Assembly (NCBI GenBank): GCA_024679065.1
Contig: JAGIQG010000026.1
Span: forward strand, 21,700,001 to 21,764,000
Length of the DNA: 64,000 bases
From: Sphyrna mokarran
Taxonomy: Eukaryota
Direction of reading: 5' to 3'
The translations under genes were made by a program, and so were the position numbers. Below, in pieces: positions 24,601 to 36,600 of this stretch. The notes below the pieces were generated by a model. That model did no database searches. It had not been told where the DNA came from and saw nothing but the letters and a program-made list of their open reading frames with translations. Within the stretch, counting starts at the first letter, position 1, and every line of letters starts with the position of its first letter.

Positions 24601-27600
24601 TGGTCTCTCTATGCACTGTAGCCCAAGATGAATTTATCAAACATCTTTTTCCAATGTGTGAATTATACTGAGATGCAATTTGAGTAAAGATGAATCTGAA
24701 TTCCACAGGTGCAGTAATAAAATTGCTATAGTACTAGATTCTAGATCTAGAATGCATATGTTTTAACTCCAACCTGAATCCTGGCAGATGGACATTCATT
24801 TTGAAGTTGGCAAATCGCTGCTGCCTCTCAGCACCAGAGATCAATTCCTGGCTTAGGTCATTCTGTGCAGAGTCTTCACGTTCTGTGTCTGCATGGGTTT
24901 GATCTGGGTGCTTTGGTTTCCTCCCACAATCCAAAAGGCGTGCTGGTTAGATGCGTTGGCCATACTAAATTCTCTGTTTACCTGAACAGCTGTCAGAGTG
25001 TGACAACTTGGGGGATTTTCACAGTAACTTCATTGCAGTGTTAATGTAAGTTCCTTTGTATCACTAATAAACTTTGAAAGATGTATTTAATTAATGCTCA
25101 GATAAGAGAGTGCAATGTAATTGTATGGAGGTTTCCTATTGGATTGGAGACACATGGCAATATAACCATGTGTCATGTGGAAGGCTGAGAATGGAACCCA
25201 ATGATTACTGCAAAGTAAGTAGATTGTATCAGTTTCCTTTTAACATTTAGGATGTCTGTGCATGACTGCCAAACCATTCAAATACAATTTTCATGATTAC
25301 GATGGCAACATCAGGTTTGAATGGAGTGATCAATAAAATTCATCTGGTGGGATTGAATGACCTATTTCTGTGCTGTAGCATTCTGATTCTGTAATGGATT
25401 GACTTTTGTTTGAAGACCTACTAACAATCAGTTTTGTGCTTTAGGTGGACCTATGTAGATTTCTTTAACCGCTACAGAGTTTTGATGAGAAAAAATGACA
25501 TTCATTCAAACAAGGAAGAGTCCTGTAAAAGCATGTTGGAAAATCTAATCAAGGTTTAAAAGATACAATTCCATATTTTTCTGCTTAAAGTGTTAAGTTA
25601 CAGTTGAGGCAGGGGCAAGTATGGAATGGGGGGAGAATGTGTCTCTTTTGTATTGAAAAAGTTTCGGTTTCAATCAGAACAGTTAATTGTATATGTTTTA
25701 TTTGTGAAACTAAATCAAATTTCTCTGGCAAGTGAGCAAATCTCTTCTGGCATTTTGTTCAGCTTCTGCTGCTTTTTCAGATACCTCTTGGCTTTAACAA
25801 CATAGGAGCAATTATACACGGAGCATTTAATGTTTTTACTGTTGTGGGAATCAATCAATCAAGATGTATTGAAAGGCCATATAACATCAAGAACATTTGC
25901 ATTTCTCTTATGCAGATGGGAGGAATTTTAAGATTTTTTTTAAAAGTAGAAACCATTCTGATATGGTCACTTATCAGAGAAATCTGCCTTAATTTTAACT
26001 ATTTCTCACAGACAATGTCAAAATAATGTAAATTAAAGCTGAAGATGTATGTTTCTAGATTTTTTTTGCTTTTGTGGTAATAGTAATCTGAGTCAAAGTT
26101 GCAGGCCCAAGTCCCACTTCAAGGGTTGGGCACAAAGATCAAGGCCAACAATCAGCAGTGTGAAGTGAATGCTGCACTGTTGGAAGTGCCATCTTTTGGA
26201 TGAGATATTAAACCAAAGCTTTGCCTATCTCTTTTTGAACAGTGTGCACTTTGCAGGGTGGGAGTGGGGATGGTGTGGTGTGGAGATCGAGGTGCTTGGG
26301 AATACAAAGGGAAGTTGGGGATGGGGTGACGGTATCCAGGACAATATTTATCCTACAATCAACTTCACAAGCAGTTTATCATGTCATTATCAGATTGCTG
26401 TTTGTCAGAGCTTGAAGTGGGTAAATTGGCTTATCTGTGGTTCTATATTAAACATTAACTAGGTCTCAAAATTCTTCATTTAAATGTTAAATGCTTTGGA
26501 AACATCCTGTGGTTGTGCACAGTGCTGTATAAATATAAGACGACCATTCTTAAAAAGTGTACATTTGCCCTATTTTTCCTCCTGTGGTTACTGATATCAC
26601 TTGAGAATATTCAGTTTTGTACTAAACAAAGTGTTTAAATCTGCCATAAAGTCCCCCAAATCAAATTTGTCAGTTTTATTGTAATATATTTAGGAATCTT
26701 AGCACAAGCTTAGCAATTGTAAAATTTGAGAGATTGCAGTGTACCTCGTGTTGTTTTTAATGCAAGATTATAAAAGATTTAGATTTTAGTTATTGCTGGT
26801 GTCAGGAATTATGACAGGTCTTGTGATTTTGGAATGTTTGTTACAAGAATGTAACAGCTGTTTTTTCAGGGACTCTTTGTTATTCACAGGATGAACATGG
26901 ATATAAATTTGGAAAGACAAAGGTCTTCTTTTCTGCAGGCCAAGTAGCCTATCTTGAAAAGCTCCGTGCAAACCAACTCCGAACTGCCTGCATAATGGTA
27001 CAGAAGGTGATGAGAGGTTGGTTGCAAAGAAGAAAATATCAGCAGATGCGCAAAGCCATTATTGTCATCCAGAAATATACTCGTAGACTCCTAGCAAAAC
27101 AGTGAGTATAGTCGTATGTTAGAACATTCCATCAGCCAAGATCAAATGCATTTGTGCAGTGATTAAATCTATTTGCAGTTGCTGATTCAAAACTAACCAC
27201 CTTTCCACAAAAGATGTGACAGTCAATTGTTGGCACCCAATTTATTGTACAAGGGTCCCTTATTTATACATACCAAGTGTATCTACATGATTTAGAAATA
27301 ACTCTCCATATATCACCTTGCGTGTTCTTCAACTGACATAATGAGTTGGATCCTGCTGAATATTTCATCTATAAATGAAAGCTTCATTCCTCCAGTGCAT
27401 ATATACTTTTGCATTCACATATGGCACAATGTAAGTGTAACCTCAAGCCAAACCTTGTAAGCTAATTTGCTGTTAATCATTCACATTGTGCACCTAGACT
27501 TGGAGTTTGTGTGTGAAGAGCATATAGTTATTTATCCTTCTCTTTCTACCTGCCCACTCCCCACCTTTCCAATAGCATAAAATGCATCACATTTTGGGCA

Positions 27601-30600
27601 AATGTCACATGTTAATTGTTTCTGCCTCTTCAGATATTACCAGACATGTTGAGGTTTTCCAGCATTTTCTGTTTTTTTTTATTTCCAGCATCTTCAGCAT
27701 TTTGCTTCATTCTAATATTGTTCTTTGTTTTAGCCTAGTTGATCGTTTAAGATTGACAAGGGCTGCCATAATTATACAGAGTCAATACAGAATGTTGACT
27801 GTGAGGAGGCTGTATGTACTCATTCGTACAGCAGCAATTACTATTCAAGCTTATGCAAAAGGCATGGTCACAAGACGAATATATCATAAGGCAAGTCTTT
27901 GGAATTTTTGTTTGAACATCTTTAACTGTTAATTAGTTTTGAAAATTATTTATTCTTGTCTTAGAACAGTTTATGCTTAAGTGGCTAAGTTGGTCACATT
28001 CTCAGTTGAGTTGGATGATGAAGTCTCAATCTAGAGTCTTAAATACAGCCCAACATTTCAGTGCTGCACTATAGTAAGTGCTGTTTTTCAAATAAACTGT
28101 TAAAAATCTGAAGCTTTGGCTAATCCACAGTTGAATGTAAAAAGAAACAGTGCTAGTTTAAGAATAGTAGATAAATTTTCTCAGGTAGTAGTGAATCTGC
28201 CCAAGGGTAGGGACCCTGCTCATTTCAATACACCTTGCAATCTATTGCTTTTGTTTCCTCTTCAGTTACTCATGGGAGTCTCTTGTTTTCAATTTCAGTG
28301 AGCAATATGAAAAATGAAAATAACGTGATTTTCCTGTTGCCTTCCCTCTGCACAAAGGAAATGCAAGTCCCTTTTCTTAAGGATTGTTTGCCTGTAAGCA
28401 GCAACTAACTTGATGAGCTGGAAGCTCAAAGGATATCGCCATGGCCATGACCCCTAATCCTGATTTAGGATGACTCAAAGGGCAGGGGCAGCTATCCTGA
28501 GGTCTCAATTGAACCTGCCACCTTATCACCTTTTGTGTCCTGCATTGCTTTTTGCAATCTTGCACTGTGCAAATGAGCTGCTGATTTCTGACATTTGTTG
28601 CAGTGGCTTTGTTCCCTAAGTTAATTTGAATTAGTTTTATTTGGTTGGTACCTGAAAGAGAGACCTTAATGACTGTAAAGCATTTTAGAATACCCTCAAA
28701 CCATCAAAGTTATATCAATACAAGTCTGTGTTGTGATAATAAACATGGTTTTTAAGGTGCAAAGTCTTTTATAATGTTATCTATCTGTTAATAAAGTGCT
28801 TACTTTCACACTTGTATATTTGAAGACCATGATATAAATGTAAGCTATCTGTGCATGAAAATTGGAAAAGATGGGTGTTTATGATAAACTTATTGTTTAG
28901 CATTACCAAAGATGCATATATTTATTTTAAAATTTAGATGGTGCAGGAGCAAAAGGCCATTGTCCTGCAGAAATATGTGCGAGGATGGCTGACCTCTTTG
29001 AAATTTCAAAGAATTCGGCATGCAGTTATCTACTTGCAGTGTTGTTATCGGCGAATGATGGCGTATCGCCAACTTAAGATGTTGAAGGTTGAAGCCTGCT
29101 CAGTTGAGCACTACAAAAAACTGAACAAGGGAATGGAAAATAAGATTCTTCAGCTGCAGTGCAAAGTGAATGATCAGGTAAACTGAAGTTAGGGAATCTA
29201 CATGTTCAATCTTGTGAAATGCACATTTGAGGGGACTGGTGTTAGACAGATTGCTGCAGGATAGAAAATGTTCACATTGCACTTTGATCTGATCAGTCTA
29301 TGAAACATGGCCCAGGTAGAGCATTGTAGCAATAAGTCTGTAAATAGCAAAAGCATGGTTAAGATTTTGAGCGCCAAAGACAGTTGATGTTGCTCAGCAG
29401 AAGATAAGTGGTGCTTGTTAATGTGAGAAGATACTCTCTGAATCAAACAGTGCAGAGATTTTCCATTGTCTGATTAAGGCTGAGATGAGGAAAACCACAG
29501 AAGGTTGATGGAAGAGGAGAGTAGAGGCTGTGGTTGGCGAAGTAAAATCAGTGCTGTGGTGGTTGGGAAAGCCTCAACTATATGGGAAGAATTGTAGAAC
29601 AAACAAAGGATTATGGCAAGTTGACTTTTCCTCCCCCCACCCCACCCCTTCCTGTTAAATCCATGTGGATTGTGACCTCTCCAGCCCTGGTCTTGTCTTA
29701 ACCTACATCAGCTTCATAATGAAATCATAGCACTGGCAATTATGATTGGGCCTGTTGCCCAGAGTGTAAATCCATCTAACCGATCCTTGTGAATTCATCC
29801 ATATTTTGGATTGTATTTCCATATCACCATTTTTCTAAAAGCTTTGGTGTTAATGTTTCAAACCTTTTCAAGTGATTTTTAATCCCAAGTCCTTCTCTTG
29901 TATCTGATTTGTGACACATTTTTACTGCTTTACATTCTGTAATTCTGCTATTCTCTAATGCATAATTCTGACCACAACCCAACCATAATTAGGACCTGTG
30001 TTTCTCTAACATTTTTCTCTGCTTCAGTAGAGAGGAATGTTGTCTTTTCCATCAAAACTTCTGAATTATTTCTACATTTTGTTTCATTTGCGCTGAGTTT
30101 AAAATTATCCATTTTTCAAAAAGAATTAATGTTCTTGAATATGAACAAGTAAATGATCCAAGCTGAGAAGGCTTCGTCTTGTGGGAAATATGAACTAGAG
30201 GACAAAGCTCAAGAATAAGATGACTGTTTTCATTGTTCTCGCTACTTTTCTGTTCTAACTTTATCTTCAGCCAGCAAAGTTGGATATCACTCATCAAATC
30301 TGAGGCCCAAACACTGATCTTTGTGATATCCTACTACTTGCAATTTAACAACTCAAATATCCCATTTATTTCAACTCTTTACTGTACATTAACCAATCCT
30401 TGCTAATATATCACCTCCAAACCATGAGTATTAATTTTGTGTAGTTATTTTGTGTGGTAACTTTAATACTAAATCAAATCTGCATCCACTGATTTTCCTT
30501 TATCTATCCTGCTTTAAAAGAAACTATTAGATTTGTCACTTCCTGTTTCCTAAATTTGTTGTCTTTGCTTAATTTTTATGCCTTTCTAAAATAGATTCTA

Positions 30601-33600
30601 GCTTCTTACCTACTAATTAATGTTAAACTAACAATTAGGTTTTTTTTTTTAAAAAAATTGGCACAGTGGTTAGTGGCTGCCTCAGAGCTCCAGGTTTGAT
30701 CCCTAGCTTGGGTGATGGTTTGTGTGGCGTTTGCACATTCTCCCCATGTCTGCATGGGTTTCCTCCAGGTGCTCTGGTTTCCTCTCAGCCCAATGATGTG
30801 CACGTTAGGTGGATTGGCCATGCTAAATTGATCCTTAGTGTCAGGGGGATCAACTAGTGTAAATGCATGGGTGGATTGTGGTCAGTGTAGACTCAACATG
30901 GGCTGAATGGCCCCCCTTCTGTGCTATAGGATTCTATGATCTTTTTGTTTTGTTGAATTTTTTAAGTATTAAAAAGGTACAGATAATAGGCTTCATTGTA
31001 TTTTATTCCTAATCAATCAGAGTCCCCACACAAGGAACAAACCAGATCCAAGCTGACAAGACAAGAATATGCATCCCACCTTGGGCTTGATCAAACAAGA
31101 TCCTGGTTAATAGGATGAGGCATTACATCTACTCCTGAGCTTGATCTGAGCTTCATCTTAGCCAAAATGCTGAGATTGCTTTGAAAATCGCATGAGGTCA
31201 AGCCTAGGTTTAACATCAGCTACCCTGATCGCTTGCTGTACCCTAGCACAGGAAGACAATGATCGTAGGTATCAGAATACCCCAACTGCAATGGACTAGC
31301 CACATCCCCTGCCTGATTCTACTTTCACCCCTGCCAGGTACCCCCTAATCCTTTGGAGCGATTGTAAAATTAAACCCAATCCATCCACTATCTCTGCGGT
31401 ACAGATCCTAGGATGCAAATCATTAGGTCCAGTGGATTTGTTGCCATTTAATCCTACTGATATCTTCAAATCCCTCATTCTGACCCTTCCCCATTATTTC
31501 CGGAATGATTTTCAAAGCTCAACAGTGAAGTCAGATGCAAGTTTGGTTTAATGACTCTAAACCTGCTCCTGTCTCTAATGGACCCATATTTACTTTCATC
31601 AATATTGCCCTCTTGGTACATTCAATCTGCTTTACAATGTCTTGGTAATGTACTTTAATATTTTATCATTTTCTTACTCCACCCTTAATTCTAAATTTGT
31701 CCTAATTCTCAGGCTTCCTATTTTTGGCAACAAGTCTCTCTGATCGGATACCATATTTCACTCTTGCCAGCCCTAGTTGGACTGCTATTTTTGTACAGTT
31801 TGTGCTTTAAAGCAATGTATATTTGTCATGTATAATTAACTCTAACTGCCAGTTATTACTTATCTACCCTGTTTTTGATTCCATATCTTGTACCCATGGT
31901 TTTTAAGAACCTAGTTTTGGACTTGGTTGCATCACTTTCTAAATCGATGGCTTGAACCTTCTGAGGAGTAGTAATCACCTTCAGATTGCTGCTCTGTTCC
32001 TACCTTTTCCACCGTGCAGGAGCTCTGCAGGAAAGGACTTCTAATCCAGCTGCTTCAGAAATGTGGAGCATACTTGAAATGGAACTGCTTTGCACTGGCA
32101 CTGAATTGTTGGTGGTAGACCAACTATGGCCCTTTTTCATGGCACTAGCTGTTATATTCTGGTCAAGTGTTTAAATCTATGAATACTAAGAAAGGATAAG
32201 AAGGTTGGCTAGCAGCTTGGTAAGTGGGTTGGGGGGGGTGGTTGTTGGGATAGTGAGATGGGTTGGGAAGGAATCAGAGGCTGTCTGTGGAGGGATTAAG
32301 TGAGAGGCAAGTATTAAGATCAGGCTAGGTTGGGTACTCAGAGTTGGGGGGGGGAAATGGGAGGTGTTGGGGGTGAGTTACATTGGGTCAGCAATGGGTA
32401 GTTGAGTGGTGAGGTAATGGGTGTTTGTTTCAGGTTGGATGGGAGCATTAGAAGAGTCTCCTGGCAGGGGTGATGTCAGTTGCTTGGTTACCCAATAGTT
32501 AGTCTATCTAAAATTCCTTGGTAAGTAAGTCAGAACTATCCAAAGTCTCTGCCTCTTAATGGAAAGACCTGGGAAATGAGATTGCCCATCAGAAGTTTGA
32601 CTATAGGAATTGTCTGGGAAATCCAATGTGTTGGGTCTTCCTAGAAATCACAAGGCACATCTTCTGGGGTGCATCCAGCTTCTGACTATCTGGGCTATCG
32701 TAAAAGTCAATCCTATTATGGCCACACTTCTCTCTTTAAAGGACTCCTTGCAAGAAATTGCCTTTTCTCAGTGACCAATGCTAGATACAAAATAGTCTGT
32801 TTTCCTAGATGGTTTCTTGACATACTGATTTAAGGAACTATCTTAGAAGTATTCCGCAAATTCATCCTCCTTTATTATCTTATTTAGTCTCCCAGTCGAT
32901 ATGAAGGTTAGTAAACCCCATGATTAATGATTACTTTTATGTACCTCTAATTTCCTGATATACACTCTGTCCTACAGTATGATATGATGTGGAGATGCTG
33001 GCATTATTAAGTCTAAAGTATAAGATGCAGTTAGGGGGAGCTCAATGTTCTCAGCAATGTTCTGTGCCCCTTCTTATGTAATGAGTCATTATTTGCTAAT
33101 CCAGTTCTTCATTCTGGCAGCCACTAACCACTGGTCATCAATATTAGATCAGTTAGCATCTATCGTTCACCAAATTGCTGAACCTTGCCTTGCTTCTCTC
33201 CTATACATGTCCACTATTTAGTAATAGCTTGCTGACTTGTTCATTCCACTTCAACTTTATAATCCAACTGTTAGATTGAGTTCCAGCTACATCTTAATTG
33301 TATGAAACTATCATGCGTGTGCCCTTGACTATACTATCAACCCAGACGATATGGTCACACAAACATAGTATCTATTGTATGGTCTTCCCTATCTAAACCT
33401 ACAGGCCATCAACAACTGACTCGATAACTGGTTCAGCTTGATAGAACAAACAGCACGGGAAACAGGCCCTTCGGCCTAATGAACCTGCGTTGCCACCTCT
33501 ATATTCCCACTTCCACCCATGATCCCTGTCTGTTTACAGAAATCTGCATTGGAACCAAATTTGCAAGACAACTTGGAGAATTTGTTTTGCCAATCAGCCT

Positions 33601-36600
33601 AAGAGCACATCTTTGGGGTGTGGGAGGAAACCAGAACACATGGTGAAACCCACGCAATCACGGGGAGAATGTGCAAACTCCCACAGGCTCAAATCCATGT
33701 ATCTGCACAGCACAGTGATAGTTACTGAGTTGTCGTGTTGCCCATCAACTGGTCCACTTCAAACGTACACCAACGATGTGAAGCACTAGGATACTCTCAG
33801 AATCCAAGAGCAGCCCCCTCACGACCCATCGTGTGTATGCCCCTTAATTGCTAATAAATGCACAACAGGTCAGTAAAGAGCAGAGAACTTATGATGTTTT
33901 AATTTGTACTCTCATTCATATGGGGTCTGTCAGAGATGTGTGCACAATTGAATCTTTTCTCCTCATTGATGCTGTATTTCAGATTTTCCTGGTTGAATTA
34001 TAAAATGACCATAGAGGTAATCAAATGATAAATTGAAATATTCTTTTGATTTAAAGATAGTTTTGCGTAGCTGATCAGTGTTTCAAATGTGTATTAATGT
34101 AACTGTCTATTACAACTTAGCACAAGTTTTTGACCAACAAGGAGCAGTTGATCCTAAACCTGAGGACAACTGATGTGGGCTAGTAAGGTATTGCCTCATT
34201 TATAAATTTTATTTTCAGAGTATGAAGAACAAAATGCTGGTAGAGCAAATGACCACACTTGTCACTTCTCATAGAAATGAGATGGAGAGATCTAAGAATG
34301 AAATAGAGCATCTCCGGTGTCAAGCGGAAGAAACTAAGAATCTGCAGCAGCATATTACACAACTCCAAGAAGAACTGGAAAAAGCACATGTTGACAAAAA
34401 AGATGTTGAAATTAGAACTTCTCAAGAGCTAACTCTATTGAAACAAGTAGGATTGTGTCACTTTTTTCCGCTCTAACTTTTCAATTTGATAATTCCTGTA
34501 CAGCCCATAAGAATTTGGTTTAGGTTGTTTTGGTTTTGGCAAGTTTTTTTTTTAAAAAGGCCATGGACTTTTAATATGGTCTTTAAAAGACTTAATTGGC
34601 AGGATAGAATCAGTTTCTTATTAGTCCTTTGTTCCTTTCCCTGCCTGCTATCTGGGTGGATTGTAGCAAAGGAGATGTTGGGCAGAAATGGGACATCTAA
34701 TTAACGAATGATGCACATAATCTAAATGAGTATTAACCTGCTACAATCAATCAAACATAGCCAATGTATTCCTGGCTCAAGTTGCAAGGTCATATTTATT
34801 GCCTCAGTTCATGTGCACCTTTTGTATTGGATGGGAATTGTGACTGTGAAGCCACTTTAAATTAATTACATGAGGTGAAAATGAACAGGCTAGGCATTTG
34901 TGAAACATTTGAGATTTTGCAAGAATCTGGCAGCTTTTTGTAAATTTTTCTGGTTTGATTTCAGATTCATAACTTTGCATTTAGGATCTCTGGGTGCTGG
35001 TCCAGTGCCACAGATACAATGCTATTGCACTTGAATGCATCAATTTTTTTGAAAATGTTGCCATTTTGATCCTTCTCTAAAAGGATCATTGTTGTTGATG
35101 TGGTGCATGTTTTTGAAAGGGTGAAAATGACTTGAAAGATGACATACAGTTGGCAAAATAAATCAATATTCTCTTTTTGGCTTTCTAATCAAGTGATGGC
35201 ATATGTCTAGAACAACAGATTGGTTTCTGAATCTGTTGACAAAATGCACATGTCCTAGTCTATTCAGCCAGCCTATAGAATCTACACAAAATATAAAGAT
35301 AAGTGACCCAAATACTTCAAATACAATGTTTTCAGGTGCACAATTATTTTGTTGTAGGTTTATTTTAAATGTTAAATCTTTTAAGCCTAGACATTTTTTG
35401 CATTTGCGTTGAACAAAAGTTTTGGCAAACTTATCACTTGAACGAGGAAATGACAATTGCACACGTGGAACATGATAAATTCCAGTGCAAAGAGGAATTA
35501 GGTAGCTTATACAGTGATGTCTTGGATATATCACTGGACTAACCTAGAGAATGCATGTTCAAATCCCCACCTTGATAGCTAAGACTTTCAATTTGGCTTT
35601 TCTTAAAAAGAAACTGGTATCTAAACAACCATAAACTGTCACCTTTAAAAATACAACTGATTCACCAATGTTCTTTTCATATCATCCTCATCTGATCTGA
35701 CTTATTTGACTCTAATTACACAGCAATACGACTGACCATTCTCTGCATTCTGTAGTGGCCAGCAAGCCACTCGATCAAACTGTAGGATAACCGGAGTGTA
35801 GTGTAAGCCCTCCCAATGGTGCCTGATCCTGAGGATAAGTGTTCCTCAAAAGGCAAAGGCTAATTTCTTGAATAGATTCATTCTTAAGATTCTTCCTCTT
35901 CTCCTTCCTTCCTTCCTTGTACCAAGTTGTTCCTACTGATCATCATTATCCTTAAAAAAAAAAAATCATCATACCTTTGAAGCCCAAAGTTAAACTTGCA
36001 GAAATGTCATTATTTGTACTTGTTCTATTTATTTCAATTGCTGTTTTTAAGGTCTGTCAAAAGTCTTCCAGTCCAGCTGCTCTTATTCTGGAACAGACAA
36101 TTGAACACAGATTCATTAAAGTAACTTCTATTTCTGCACACTAGGTAGTATTTGCATTTCAACAGCAAGCATCATAATTAAGCAAGTTCAAATGGAAGTC
36201 CTATGGTTATTTGCTTTATCCAATTGCTTTCCCACTATTGCAGAGGTAATATCTAGTATGTAGCTAGGTGTTCATGCTAGCTACAGATGTTGTTGTCATC
36301 CAAAGAATAATTACCTCTGGTTTGTTTCTGGAGGAACTAACACATGAGCAGCTTCCAGTAAACCAAATAAAAGCTTTGACAAAATTATCTGGATTCAACA
36401 TCAGTTCTTTTCTCCCCTTAAGATGCTGTCAGGAAACTTTCCAGCATTTTCTTTCTTGGTTCCAGTAAACCAAAACTTGTAGCACTAACCTATTCCTTTA
36501 GCCATTTCAGGCCAAATTTATGTACACCAAGCATAATGCTAATTTAATAAAAATAGTTTGACCCAGCATAATTTTTAAATTGATAAACTTTTATAACTGC

